Positions 1 to 12,673 of a stretch of DNA of 64,000 bases are shown here, piece after piece. The position numbers and the translations under genes are program-made. The notes under the pieces are model-generated. The model did no database searches, was not told the origin of the DNA, and was given only the letters and a program-made list of their open reading frames with translations. Numbering within the stretch: position 1 is the stretch's first letter; each line of letters starts with the position of its first letter. The DNA is from Octopus vulgaris. Lineage: Eukaryota. The stretch covers positions 4,030,001 through 4,094,000 of the forward strand of contig OX597824.1 in assembly GCA_951406725.2 (NCBI GenBank), written 5' to 3'.

Positions 1-739
1 TGTGTTGTGCATATATGTACGTGTACGTATATGTTTAGACATCAGAGTGAACGTTAGGTATGGATCTAATACACACTTGACACACACACATGCAAATATG
101 TGCACATACACACGTACACATCTGTTTCTGTATGTGTGCATGTATACATACATACCTCTTTTCCTGTATATAAATGTTTGTGTGTACATACATATATAAA
201 CACACACACACACGCGTTGGGAGACTTAAATATGGATTCAGTGATTCAATAATCTTTTAAGCACACACACACACACACACATAGATATAAATATGTATAT
301 ATGTATCAAGTATGTAGGAATGTGTATATACATATATATACACACATACATTCATACTTACACGCACACACACATATGAGTGTGCTTATATGTATGTATG
401 TGTGTGTGTGTATACACTTCTCTAATAATACACATAGTCATACATTAATAGATATTTATTGTTGTCTTCTATAAAAACTACAAAGATGCACTTTACACAC
501 CTACAGCAGGTGTGTTGTATACGCATTGCGATTGCTGAATATTATTAATAAATAGCATACAGGTCTACTGGTTTAATGTCGAGTGGTTATATACTGGTAC
601 AAGTGTTGCAATGCAACCTTGGGCAAGACACTTAATTCTCAATTGTCCAGTTAGTCTTAACACATTTAATGTATCATGGACTGTTCAAGAATTAACTACA
701 AATAATTATGTAGCATGAAGAAAGACAATATCAGTAAAT

Positions 740-1205
740 CATCATCATCATCATCATCATTTAACGTCCGCTTTCCATGCTAGCATGGGTTGGACGATTT
801 GACTGAGGACTGGCGAACCAGATGGTTGCACCAGGCTCCAATCTGATCTGGCAGAGTTTCTACAGCTGGATGCCCTTCCTAACACCAACCACTCCAAGAG
901 TGTAGTGGGTGCCTTTACGTGCCACCGGCATGAGGACCAGTTTGGTGGTACTGGCAATGGCCACCCTTAAATGGTGCTTTTTATGTACTACCTGAACAGG
1001 AGCCAGTCCTGCGGCACTGGCAATGACCTCGCTTGAATGTTTTTTCATGTGCCACCAGTAGAAGTGCTAGTAAGGCGACGCAGGTAATGATCACGCTTGA
1101 ATGGTGTTTTTAACGTGCCATCAGCATGGAGGCCAGCTTGTTGCTCTGGCAACGATCTGAGTCGTATGGTACTCTTAGTGCTCCACTAGCACGGATGCCA
1201 GTCAT
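740..1205 (-). mobile_element. 5'-truncated RTE-clade LINE 3' UTR with (GAT)n tail
   Basis: (CAT)n followed by TTTAACGTCCGCTTTCCATGCTAGCATGGGTTGG...GGATGCCCTTCCTAAC and internal ~60-bp repeats. The same sequence runs into an RTE ORF C-terminus at 52561-53168. Confidence 0.8.
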
Positions 1206-1542
1206 CAAATTTGATTATTTGTCGGATTGGCGGACAAGATGCCTTAGTTATAAACATGGGTTGAATGGCTTCTTTGAAGCAGTGTTTTAAAGCCATTGAG
1301 ATCAACTTTGCCATTCATTCATGTGGGGGCTGATGAAATAAAGTACAGTCAAGTATTGGGATTAAATTGTCCCTAAAATATAATATCTTAATGCTAATGT
1401 TAGAAATGAAGATTATTTTAATTATTTCGGTAAACACAGGAAACAGTTCCAGACATGTTTCACTCTTACACTTGCACACACACATACACACAAACACACA
1501 CACAAACACAGAGTTTTACTCAATAATCTTATGAACTCAGCA

Positions 1543-1602
1543 AGTTACATAACTAGCAGTTTCATGTAAGTCTCCAAAAACCTACGCTCATCAGATCTTA
1601 CT
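1543..1602 (-). ncRNA. Degenerate minimal hammerhead ribozyme (Penelope-like type)
   Basis: Minus strand reads AGTAAGAT-CTGATGA-GCGTAGG...CTTACAT-GAAA-CTGCTAG-TT-ATGTAACT. Core intact; helices I and II imperfect. Confidence 0.55.
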
Positions 1603-1754
1603 ATTCAGATCTGATTTTTAGCAATGTGATGGTCAGCTGTATTTTAGTGAGCTAGATCCAGTTTACACATGAAGCATTTGTGAAAATTCTTTCTTTTAAA
1701 CGTGAACTTGTTAATTTTTTGCTGGATCTTGAAAGAGATCGATTTTTTTCTTTT

Positions 1755-2117
1755 ATTCATTTCAGTCATTTGACTGTGGCCATGCTGGAGCATACCTTTA
1801 GTTGAACAGATCAATCTCAGGACTTATTCTTTGTAAACCTTGTACTTATTCTATCGGTCTCTTTTGCTGAATCACTAAGTTACAGGGACGTAAACACACC
1901 AGCAACAGTTGTAAAGCGATGTGGAGGGGGGTTGTACAATCACACACACACATACACAACAGGCTTCTTTCAGTTTCCACCTATCAAATCCACTCACAAG
2001 ACTTTGGCTGGCCTGAGGCTATAGTAGAAGACACTTGCCCAAGGTGCCACGCAGTTGGACTGAACCCAGGATCATGTGGTTGGTAAGCAAGCTACTTACC
2101 ACACAGCCACTCCTGTG

Positions 2118-2118
<1 letters not shown>
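1755..2118 (-). mobile_element. tRNA-derived CORE-like SINE (Octopus OR-type)
   Basis: A/B-box-like head and CCTTGGGCAAGTGTC core motif; same body as 5826-6223. Confidence 0.8.
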
Positions 2119-2159
<41 letters not shown>

Positions 2160-4464
2160 CATGTGTAGGCATTGTGTGTGTGTATGGTTAAGAAGTTCAC
2201 TTCTAAGCCCCATGGTTTTGGGTTCAATCCCACTGCATAGCATCAGTGTCTTATGTCTGCTTCTCCATGCTGGCATGGGTTGGATGGCGTTTTTGAAGCA
2301 ATGTTTTAAAGCAGGATACCCTTCTACCCTTCCTGTTACCAATCATTTGCAGTGTCTTCTTACAACACCCAGGCATATTGGCATACCTATTGTAATTCCA
2401 GAATATGCACATTATTCCCAAAAGAGGGCAGTTAAAGTTAAATGCAGAAGAATTAATGTAAATACTAAGACATAGGTTTTGGCCTTTCTTTGAATGTTCT
2501 CTCTTTTCTCTCTTTAGATGTCAAGTTCACAGGAATTGGCAATTGTGGAGTTCCATGCCAAAGTTTGGAGGTTACCTTTCTTCTGGTACGTACTCAGTTT
2601 GCTCTGCTAGTTTCCTTTTCTCTCACGTTTACCCTCGAGACACAAGGTTTGTCTAACCTTGAAGCAGGGGGACTGGTTCAAATGCCATCAGTGTAGATCC
2701 ACACATCAGTGGGCCTTTGTGACAGACACCTAGGGGCCAACACTCCTTTGGTTCCCATGTGCCTTAGCCACATGACCAACAGTCTGCTACCATCATCATC
2801 ATCATTATGGTCATCATTGTAATCATTTCATGTCCATGTTCCATGCTTGCATGGGTCGGATGATTCTTCAGAATCTGGCAAACCAAAGGACCGCATTGAG
2901 CTTCTGTGGCTGGCTACCCTTGCTGAGTGTGAGTGTATTGGGTGCAGGACTCCATTAAGACCCATATGGGCCATAAGGACTTTAAACATTTCAGTGCAGC
3001 TATATATATATATTTAATTCAATATATAAACAATAATAAACCATAAAATAATCTTTTATTTTTATAATGAAACAAAACCAACAAAAGAACGTTTATTCTT
3101 GTCTGCTTCCATTTTATTTATATTTGAAAATCTTTGACTTTTTTTAAAATTGCAATCAGATCCTCACTATGACTCGACGAACATTTTGAAATTATGTTTC
3201 CAATCCTATAAACCACTTTGAATATTATTTTAGCAAGTTTAAAGTGATTTCTTTTGTGCTGTAGACCATTTACCATTTCTGTGGTGTGTCCCCATTTCTT
3301 TGATGCCTGCTTATTTTGCTTAATGGTTAATTCGGTTCTGGTTCTGTGGCACCAGTTCAAGTGAGGTTACCAGGTAACTCACAAGACAAGACTTGAGGCA
3401 CAGTATTTGCAAAGTGGCTTTGTTCCAGATGTTGAGAGCCTGAAGTTTGATTAGGGGACATGAACAGATGTGTTGCAGTAGAGGAGATCCATGGCCACCC
3501 CAGCTGGAAATGGAGAAATGATGGTGGAGAAGAGATGTCAGGACATTTTGCTCAAGGTACAACAAGATAGATAAAGTGAGAATTGGGACGAAGAAATAAG
3601 AATGGATGCGTGGGTGGATTCTTGGGAGGATGGGAGAGACCGATGGTCAGAGATAAAGAAAGAAGTGGCTGCAGTGAATGGTGAATATTTGATGAAGGAG
3701 GGGACGGGGGTGAATCTCTGTGGGGAGTCTAAGGAAAAGAGGAAGAGGAGGAGGAAGAGGAGGCAGTGCATCAACTGCATCATCTCTTTACCATCAAACC
3801 TTAAAAGCGATTTCATGCGATAAATTTAATGATATGCCATTTCCTTTTACATTGGCCATTGCTCGGTTATTGGTTATTTTTATATTTGTTATGATTAGTT
3901 AAGATGCAATACGATATATTGCAATACGATACAGCCTGTTATTTATTATATCAATAGGAGAGTAATGTTACAGAATGGCATAAAATAGCATCGTAAGCTC
4001 TGTGTCAATATTATGCTGACAGCATAAAAATCATCTTCGAATAGGAAGCAGGCTTTCTTAGATACAACCAGTACAAATATCTAAATATATAATGGCACGG
4101 AAGTTTTCTTACCTTTTCTTTGGGATTTCAAACATTTAAAAATCAAACGGAATCTGTGTGTTGATTCCGTGTTTTTGTGTTTGTTTGTTGGGAGTGGAGT
4201 ATTACAGAGCATTGGAAGATAATATCAGGCATAAAAATTATGATCTCTGCTATAAATTGAAGAACGATACTGAGTAGAAGTGGCTTTATATAGATTTTCA
4301 AAAAAGTGCAAAACAATGTTATATTCAATAAGAAATAACAAAAATATTGGATTTTATTCCCCAAACGGTGTAAAAATATTATATTTAATAGTTTTATTCT
4401 TGAAATGTTCTTAATCTTTTATATACATATACACACATAGACATGCATATATGCACACACATGT

Positions 4465-4496
<32 letters not shown>

Positions 4497-4617
4497 GTAT
4501 ATCTATATATATATATACATGCATGTATATATATATATATATATTTATATGATTTTATTTATGTAGATATAGATACAAATGTCTGTCTATGTGTGCATAT
4601 GCATGTGTTACATACAA

Positions 4618-4658
<41 letters not shown>

Positions 4659-5164
4659 CATTTACATAATATACATACATATACATAACACACATACACA
4701 GAGAGGCAGTCAGATAGAGAGGTAGATAGATTGATAGATAACTAGCTAGCGTTCTAGCTAGCTAAATACATATATATATATATATACACACACATAAATA
4801 ATATATAAGTACGTGTGTGTGTTTTTCAAAGTATCTTGAATGTGAATGTAGCAATAAATCATAGCTTTATAATACATTTGACAAAAAAGAAAGAAAAAAG
4901 GGAAAAAAGAGAAAAAAAAACTCCTTGGACAGTAAAAAAAAGATTTTGGGCCAATATAGTGAACTGTTATTTATGAGTAGCTTCACATTTGGAATGCTTC
5001 GTGGGCTGGTCTTGTTTACTTATTTCTTGATGTTTCTAAAGAATGATGGTAAACACACACACACACACACTATAATTTATGTCAGGATGGAATGTTGATG
5101 TTATATGATGATGATGAGGATGATGATATGTGTGGTGTATGTGATGTGTGTGTGTATATATATA

Positions 5165-5420
5165 TCATCATCATCATCATCATTGTTTAACGTCCGTTTT
5201 CTATGCTGGCATGGGTTGGATGGTAAGCCAGAAGGCTGCACCAGGCTCTAATATGATCTGGCAATGTTTCTACAGCTGGATGCCCTTCCTAATACCAATC
5301 ACTCTGAGAGTGTAGTGGGTGCTTTTTATGTGCCACCAGCACAAGAGCCAGTCAGGCGAGCCTGGCATCGATCACGTTCAGATAGTGATTTTTACGTGCC
5401 GCCGGCACAGGGTCCAGTCA
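5165..5420 (-). mobile_element. RTE LINE 3' UTR fragment
   Basis: (CAT)n tail plus GGATGCCCTTCCTAA motif shared with the other copies. Confidence 0.8.
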
Positions 5421-5825
5421 GGGTTTATATATATAAATACAATAATGGAACAGGGATCAAACTTATCATGGTAAATTAACTTGGAAGCACCTCCACATAT
5501 CTTTGGTTAAAAGATTTCTCTGCAAGAAAGTATTCCAGGTCATTCAACTGGTCAGTATAGCTGTCCACACACAGAGTTTCCTGCATTACACATCCAGAAT
5601 ATCCTGCAAATTTTGTGTATATGTCACATATGTGTGTCATTTAGTAAGCCAAAGAGAATGAATGGCCCAAGCGTCACTATACACGTTTCAATAATATGAT
5701 TATTTTGTACAAATACAAAGTACATTACATAATGTTGCATAAACCTGTTTCGCTGTGCAACCTCCATATTATCTCAGGTGGTTCATTGGCTGCCGTCTGG
5801 TGAAATACAATCAGTCTATGAGGTT

Positions 5826-6223
5826 ACTCTTTACTCTCTTTTACTTGTTTCAGTCATTTGACTGTGGCCATGCTGGAGCACCGCCTTTAGTTGAGCAACT
5901 CGACCCCGGGACTTATTCTTTTGTAAGCCCAGTACTTATTCTATCGGTCTCTTTTGCCGAACCGCTAAGTAACGGGAACATAAACACACCAGCATCGGTT
6001 GTCAAGCAATGCTAGGGGGACAAACACAGACATACAAACACACACACGCATATATATATATACGATGGGCTTCTTTTCAGTTTCCGTCTACCAAATCCAC
6101 TCACCAGGCTTTGGTCGGCCCGAGGCCATAGTAGAAGACACTTGCCCGATGTGCCACACAGTGGGACTGAACCCGGAACCATGTGGTTGGTTAGCAAGCT
6201 ACTTACCACACAGCCACTCCTGC
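5826..6223 (-). mobile_element. Near full-length tRNA-derived CORE-like SINE (OR-type)
   Basis: Minus strand GCAGGAGTGGCTGTGTGGTAAG...GGGTTCAGTCCC (A/B boxes), GGGCAAGTGTCTTCTACTAT core, internal (TA)/(TG) tract and AAAAGAG-type tail. Confidence 0.85.
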
Positions 6224-6479
6224 ATTAGTGATATTTATAAACTAACAGGATGAAATAAGGATTTTCAAAATAGGATAGAGGTATCAAAGCTTGTGAAAAC
6301 AAACAACACAAATCCAAAGACAACAGAATTAATATCTACATATATTTGAAAGAAAATGGTCAAAAGCCATATTCTCTTCAGATGTTGGAATTTACAGCCT
6401 CCAGTTGCCCAGCCTCCAAAGGCACTTTGGAGGTTGGTTGATTGGTTTGTTGACATGATTGCTCGGAAAATATAACACC

Positions 6480-6975
6480 AGGATAAGAAGAGTTTGGAGA
6501 AAGTTCAGCTGCTGCTATTAGCAAAGGTCTTTCTTTTCAGAATGGAGGGTAGTTTGTATGGGGGCCTGTCTTAGAATTGTGATGCTACAAAGAAGTGAAA
6601 CTGGGGCCTTGAATGCAGAGGAATTTAGAAGATTTCAAAGAAGTAAAGTGAGCATGCTCTGTTGGATGGGCAACATAAGTGTACAAGAACGACATCATAG
6701 AAATGTGCTGAGAGGAAAAACTGGGCATAAGAGGAATTAGATGTAGCGTATGAGAAAGAAGAGTGCACTGGTAGGGGCCTGTGATGTATTTGGTTGAGGG
6801 CAGATGTATATAAAGAAGGTGGATTGAGTTTGTGAAAGGGGGTAACGCAGGAAGATAAAGAACAAGGTAATGAAAGCTGACTGCAGGATCTTGAGCCTTA
6901 TGGAGGAAAGGATTAGGGGTTGAAATATCTGGCAATATGCAGTTCTTGAGAATACATGTCCAAATCAACAAACCT
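6480..6975 (+). pseudogene. Decayed RTE LINE ORF, post-RT region
   Basis: ACLRIVMLQRSETGALNAEEFRRFQRSKVSMLCWMGNISV resembles the RTE motif (CVRSVMLYGSETW...MLRWM); frameshifts and stops. Confidence 0.7.
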
Positions 6976-7574
6976 AAGCCACTAAGTACTGTGTGTGTGT
7001 GTATGTGTGTGTATGTGTGTGTATGCAACTGGGCCTGCCACCCAGTTTCTTCTTCAACCCTCACTACCACCACCACTCATCATCTCTCTGCAGCTTTTCC
7101 TTGATACCTTTAATCTTTTTCACTTGATATTCATCCTTATACTGTCCTCTCTACCCACATTTTACATTGATCACTTACCTGAACCACCAAATTATCTCCC
7201 CTTCTTTGCCACGATATGTCTTTCACCCCCCACCCCCCCCACACACACTCTAGCAACCTAGCCAAACACGCATCATTTCATTCTCTCTCTCTCTCATGCC
7301 CACCCCTCCCTTCTCTACTTTATCAATATTACAATTCTCTTACACTTCACCCACAAGCACCACCCCCACTTTATCCATCATTCACTGCACCCAGCCTCAA
7401 TACCTGTTCTTCAATCATTATATTCACTCCCCCATCATCTATTTCCCATCTTACTCTCCCTTACACTCTTACAACATCTACCCCCACCCTCATTTCCTCT
7501 GATTCCACTTCTACACATCTTGTGTCTTGACACTCCATCCAGGCACCCCATCATCTAGCATAAAGCTGCTCTTC

Positions 7575-7862
7575 TCAGAGTTCACAGTCTTGCAAGTGGC
7601 ATGGCAACCTCACTGGTGCTGGTGCCATGCAAAAGGCACCCAGTCCACACTCTGTAAAGTTGTTGGCATTAGGAAGGGCATCCAGCCATAGGAAGCATGT
7701 CAAATCAGAGACTGGAGCATGCTGCAGGCCTTGGAACCATAAGATGGTTCCAACCTAAGCCAGCGTGGAACATGGATGTTAAATGATGATAACAACAATG
7801 ACAAGGATGCTGCTGCTGCTGATAATGATGATAATGATGATGATGATGATGATGATGATGAT
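7575..7862 (+). mobile_element. Old RTE-type 3' end
   Basis: TTAGGAAGGGCATCCAGCC motif followed by a (GAT)n tail. Confidence 0.6.
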
Positions 7863-8197
7863 AGCATGGTGCAATTTCCCTTCTATTGTTGAATTAGCAT
7901 ATTTGTTGCATAATTATGTTATATTCACCCCTCCTCCTCCTCCTCCTCCTCATCATCATCATCATCATCATCACCATCATTGAAAGTCCTTGTTCCATGC
8001 TGGCATGGTTTATACATACATACATACATACATGCTTGCATACATACATGTATGTGTGTATGTGCACATGTATATATATAATATATATGTATGTATATGT
8101 ATGTACATGTGTGCACATGTACATATATATATATATATACACACAGTATTTTTATAGATATGAATAGTTTTGAGTGGGATTAAAACTATTGAATAAT

Positions 8198-8198
<1 letters not shown>

Positions 8199-8255
<57 letters not shown>
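8199..8255. repeat. (GAAA)n microsatellite
   Basis: Read directly. Confidence 0.95.
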
Positions 8256-8258
<3 letters not shown>

Positions 8259-8619
8259 GAAAATCAAGCAATAAATTCTAAATAATAACTTTTTATTGAC
8301 TTTAATTTGGTTTGAAATAAAATTGAAGGCAAAAACGAAACAAAAATATGGAAAATAACTAATAATTCTAAAAGTTTTATTTTGAAATACTTAACCATTA
8401 CAACCAGAGGTGTCTTCTCTTAGATTTAATTTTATATATTGATGCCGTACCAAAATATAGCTTTAGACATTCTCTAACTCCTTTGTGCTTTCTTCATATA
8501 GAAGCAGCACCAATGGTGAAGAAACTGGCTTAACACTCTCTGCGCTTTCCTTTCTTCACTGTCTCCTCCTCCCTCCCTCCCTTTGCCTCTACCTTCTTCT
8601 TTTTCTTCTTTTTCTCCCT

Positions 8620-8663
8620 CTTCTTCTTCTTCTTCTTCTTCTTCTTCTTCTTCTACTATTTCT

Positions 8664-8695
<32 letters not shown>

Positions 8696-8779
8696 TTCTT
8701 CTTCTTCTTCTTCTTCTTCTTCTTCTTCTTCTTCTTCTTCTTCTTCTTCTTCTTCTTCTTCTTCTTCTTCTTTTCTTCT

Positions 8780-8859
<80 letters not shown>

Positions 8860-8862
8860 TCC
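8620..8862. repeat. Long (CTT)n/(AAG)n trinucleotide tract (~240 bp)
   Basis: Read directly; it produces the poly-L/S/E/K ORFs in the track. Confidence 0.95.
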
Positions 8863-9049
8863 TATTGATTTCTTTCTTCTCTCCTCTTTCAATTCTTTTT
8901 ATTGAGTTTTAACAATGCATTTAATACTATTTTAACTTTCCCCCCAAAATATGTTTGCATATTATTGAATTAGATACTTTTTGTTCTTGCTGTTGTTGTT
9001 GCTTTCTAAGGTAAATAAAATTTTGATTTCTTTTAATTTCATTTTCCAG

Positions 9050-9072
9050 AAATTATTCTTCTTCCATATAAG
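9050..9072 (+). other. Candidate 23-nt micro-exon
   Basis: ttttaatttcattttccag|AAATTATTCTTCTTCCATATAAG|gtaagc: strong acceptor and donor consensus in non-repeat DNA; one open frame reads xIILLPYK. Motif evidence only. Confidence 0.3.
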
Positions 9073-9388
9073 GTAAGCCTTTTATGAAATTACGATTCAA
9101 ATTTCGGAACCAAATAAATGTAAATAATACTAACATCTAACTTTCTTTTTATTCTTCGCTATTAACTTATCAGCAAATCATTGTAATACTTTGGGATGAA
9201 GGCATAGTTGTCTGGTTAACATGTTTGCTTTTCATCCATAAAGGTTCCAGGTTCAATCTCACTGTACTACACCTTGGGATGAAGTTAAAATATTAGACAG
9301 GGAACACCACTGGAAAATATGAAAACCAGAAGAGGCAGCACATATAAATATTGGATTTATAATCCCTAAAATTCATTCCATAACTGCC

Positions 9389-9623
9389 CACGGGCATATG
9401 ATGTAGTGATTAAGAGCGCGGGCTACTAACCCCAAGATTCCGAGTTCGATTCCAGGAAGTGACCTGAATAATAATAATAATAACATCAAAAATACCTTAG
9501 GAATGAGAACTCAGATTTGAAATTCCCCCAGGACACCTGATGAAGGCTGGAGAGTACATCAGCTGAAACATTGTGTTAACAACAAACAGGATGAGGACAA
9601 ATATTTGTCAAATGTAAATAATG
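9389..9623 (+). mobile_element. tRNA-headed, hammerhead-containing SINE-like element, copy 1
   Basis: A-box-like TGATGTAGTGA, B-box GAGTTCGATTCC, (AAT)n linker, HHR at 9532-9577 and TGTAAATAATG tail. Homologous to 52491-53397 and 54860-55096. Confidence 0.85.
9532..9577 (+). ncRNA. Minimal type-I hammerhead ribozyme (helix III mutated)
   Basis: GACAC-CTGATGA-AGGCTG gagagtacat CAGCT-GAAA-CA-TT-GTGTT. Confidence 0.7.
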
Positions 9624-9740
9624 TATTTTAGTGTTGGGATTTTTTTACTGATTCACATTATATTTGTCCGTTGGTAGGGATTGATAATGAAGGTCAAAGT
9701 TGGATTGACAGCCATGAATATTTGTGTGGGGGATGGAGAA

Positions 9741-9967
9741 TTAAACCCTAAACATTGAAATTACTGTCAAATGAAATGCTTATTTATTCACATTGCTTTG
9801 AATAAATCATGCATAACCCTAACCTTTCAAATTTTGATAGTGAGATTGTCAGTTTTTAGAATGACATTGTAGAGTAGGTGTGAGAAGCCAGATCTGGCCA
9901 TTTTTTAACCTAAAACAAGTAGAACGTTTGGGTCAGGTATGGACAGCTTAAATGCTTAAAGGGTTAA
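9741..9967. mobile_element. piggyBac-like MITE
   Basis: TTAA(A)CCCTAAACATT ... AATGCTTAAAGGG-TTAA: CCCT/AGGG termini flanked by TTAA. Confidence 0.6.
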
Positions 9968-10014
9968 TTAGTTATAATAAATCTCTGAGCGAGGTATAAA
10001 CAGTAGCAGCACGA

Positions 10015-10141
10015 CATTGTGAAGTATATTTGCCACCTAAATGTGGCTAACCCTTAAGGGTCGATGTTACTGTAGCTTGTAGCCCCAGTAAGACATCTCC
10101 CCCATCTGGCTATTGACAGGTGGCAAATATTCTTCACGATG
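10015..10141. mobile_element. Small inverted-repeat element (MITE-like)
   Basis: 24-bp inverted repeats CATTGTGAAGTATATTTGCCACCT / AGGTGGCAAATATTCTTCACGATG with 2 mismatches. Confidence 0.55.
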
Positions 10142-10869
10142 GTTAACTAGTTGTTGCTTTCCACTTATTTTTAATCAAACTTTGTTTAGATTTTCTGTTT
10201 GATTATTTTGTAGTTTTAAAAGCTGTGTGAGTGGATTTGAGGGATGAAAACTAAAGGAAACCCATCATGCACACACACACACATATATATTTATATATGC
10301 ATCACCTAAGTGTGTGTGTGTGTCCGTCCCCTTGTCTTAACAGCTTTATAAATGTTGCAAATGAGTGTCGTTCATTTCCAATATTCTGTGTGAATGTGTC
10401 CGGCTGTAGGGAAATATTATTTGGTTTGGAAATAGCTAAGGGTTGGCAACAGGAAGGGCATCCAGCCATAGAAAACCTGCATCAAAAGCCTCTGTTCAAC
10501 CCTTGCAGGCATGGAAAAGTAAATATTAAAATGATGATGCTGATGATAATGATGATGATGGTAATGATGACGACAACGATGATAATGATGACAAAGATGG
10601 CAATGATGATGGTAACAGTGATGATGGTGATGATGATGATGATGACATTGAAGATGACGACAGTGAGGATGATGATGATGATGGTGATGACGATGATGAA
10701 CATTAGTTTGTACAAAAGGGAGAGAAATGTACATGAGAAAAATAAGCACCACCAAAATGAGAATATGTTCTTTGAATTGTTATGGTTTTGTCAGGGAAGA
10801 ATTGACTGCACAGATGAGCTTTACAGTATCTTTGAGATTGTTAGGAGCAGTACTTATATTCTTTTTAGG

Positions 10870-11290
10870 GGTGAATGCCAGTGCCGTCTGACTGGTCTTG
10901 TGCCAGTGACATATAAAAAGCACCATTCGAGCGTGGTTGATGCCAGTACTCCTTGACTGGCTCCTGTGCCGGTAGCACATAAAAAGCGCCATTCAAGTGT
11001 GGTTGATACCAGTACCCCCCCACCAACTAGCTCCTGTGCTGGTGGCATGTAAAACGCACCATTCAAGTGGTCGATGCCAGTACCGCCTGACTGGTCCTTG
11101 TGTCGGTGGCATGTAAAAAACCCACTACACTCTCAAAGTGGTTGGCGTTAGGAAGGGCATCAAGCTGCAGAAACATTGCCAGATCAGATTGGAGCCTTTT
11201 GCAGCCTACTAGCTTGCCAGTCCTCAGTCAAACCGTCCAACCCATGCCAGCATGGAAAGTGGACGTTAAGCGACAACGATGATGATGATG
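10870..11290 (+). mobile_element. RTE LINE 3' UTR with tandem ~60-bp units
   Basis: Repeated GTGCCNGTGGCA..TAAAAAGCACCATTC units, then TTAGGAAGGGCATC and a (GAT)n tail. Confidence 0.8.
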
Positions 11291-12169
11291 CTCCTGAGAC
11301 AGGTACCAGAAAGAGCAGCACTCACAAAATTTGCAGTGTCTGTGTGTCTGGTAAGTGAAAAGGCAGCATTCATGGATTTTGGAGTGTCTTTCAGATTGGT
11401 AGGAAGAAAAAATATGAAAGAAAGTACAACTTTTGCTGTTGCAGTTGAGAAAAGATGTCCCACAATATTAATTTATCCTCAAACTTGAGATCTGATCTAA
11501 ATGTTAGCCACAGAGTGAACCCTGCCAAAGACACTCTTGGCAGCAGTGTTGAATTGATTGACAGACTAAATCTGCCACCCAGGAACAAGCCCTGCTCATC
11601 AGATAGGCTTCTCTATGGGTCTCATCTACCCGGTTACACTCACAAAACATGGATCTGTCACAAGACTGAGTCTGTTGTGTAGGACGCTTCAAGATGTCAC
11701 ACAATGGAGATAGAAACCAGGAATCAGGGAATGGTTAGTTGTGATGTAACATTCTTAACCAAACAGCCATTACAAGACACCCTCAATTGGAAACTGAAAT
11801 GGAGTCTTAACATGTAAAGTAGATGCAGAGTGTACAAGAGGCAAGGAATGGCTTTACAAGAGAAACACTATTCCCATTATTTTGGTCTGTCACAATGATT
11901 CAGTTTCATAAAGATTATTTCAAGAAGACTCCATAAGATTGTCCAGAAATTTCATCTCAGTGTTGTTTCCTTTTGTCGAACTTGTCAGCAAATGAAGCCT
12001 GCTACGCACATTTAAAGAACAGCACTTCAGTGTCAAAGACAAGATTGTATGTTCAAAAGAAACTGTTTTTACATGAGACATTACTAAAATTTCTTAACCT
12101 CTTACAATCGGTAAATGAACACTCAGCCAGAATTTTTTCTTCTTCTCAAATCAATGTTTAAAAGCCGTG

Positions 12170-12171
<2 letters not shown>

Positions 12172-12256
<85 letters not shown>
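12172..12256. repeat. (GT)n microsatellite
   Basis: Read directly. Confidence 0.95.
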
Positions 12257-12260
<4 letters not shown>

Positions 12261-12350
12261 ATCTACGTATTTGTGTTTGTATTCTTGTGTGAATTCATGA
12301 ATATCTAGTCTGAGAGTGCATGTGTATGCCAGTATGTGTGTGCATATGTG

Positions 12351-12383
<33 letters not shown>

Positions 12384-12450
12384 GAATAAATATTAAATAT
12401 TCATCCCAGACGTAATAACAAGGAACACATACACAGATATGTATAAACAT

Positions 12451-12488
<38 letters not shown>

Positions 12489-12640
12489 ACACACACATGT
12501 ATATATTTTATGTGTGTGTGTGTGTGTGCATATCAATACTTTACATAAAGATAATCTATAATGTCAGTCTCCAGTCTTCTTTCACATCTAAAAGTGATGG
12601 CAATGGTAATGCTGGTATGGTGGTGCTGGTGGTGCGAAGA

Positions 12641-12673
<33 letters not shown>

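Noticed and set aside
2497-2591. Possible 68-nt exon (2518-2585) with a good acceptor and CTG|gtacgt donor
   Set aside because: No recognisable protein in any frame and no partner exon; the CGVPC resemblance to Frizzled-type linkers is too short.
3000-3300. Possible hAT dimerisation-domain remnant (EYYFSKFKVI)
   Set aside because: A single short motif with no TIRs or TSD found.
9391-9465. Functional tRNA gene with ACT anticodon
   Set aside because: The acceptor stem pairs poorly and the sequence continues into a multicopy repeat body; it is a SINE head.
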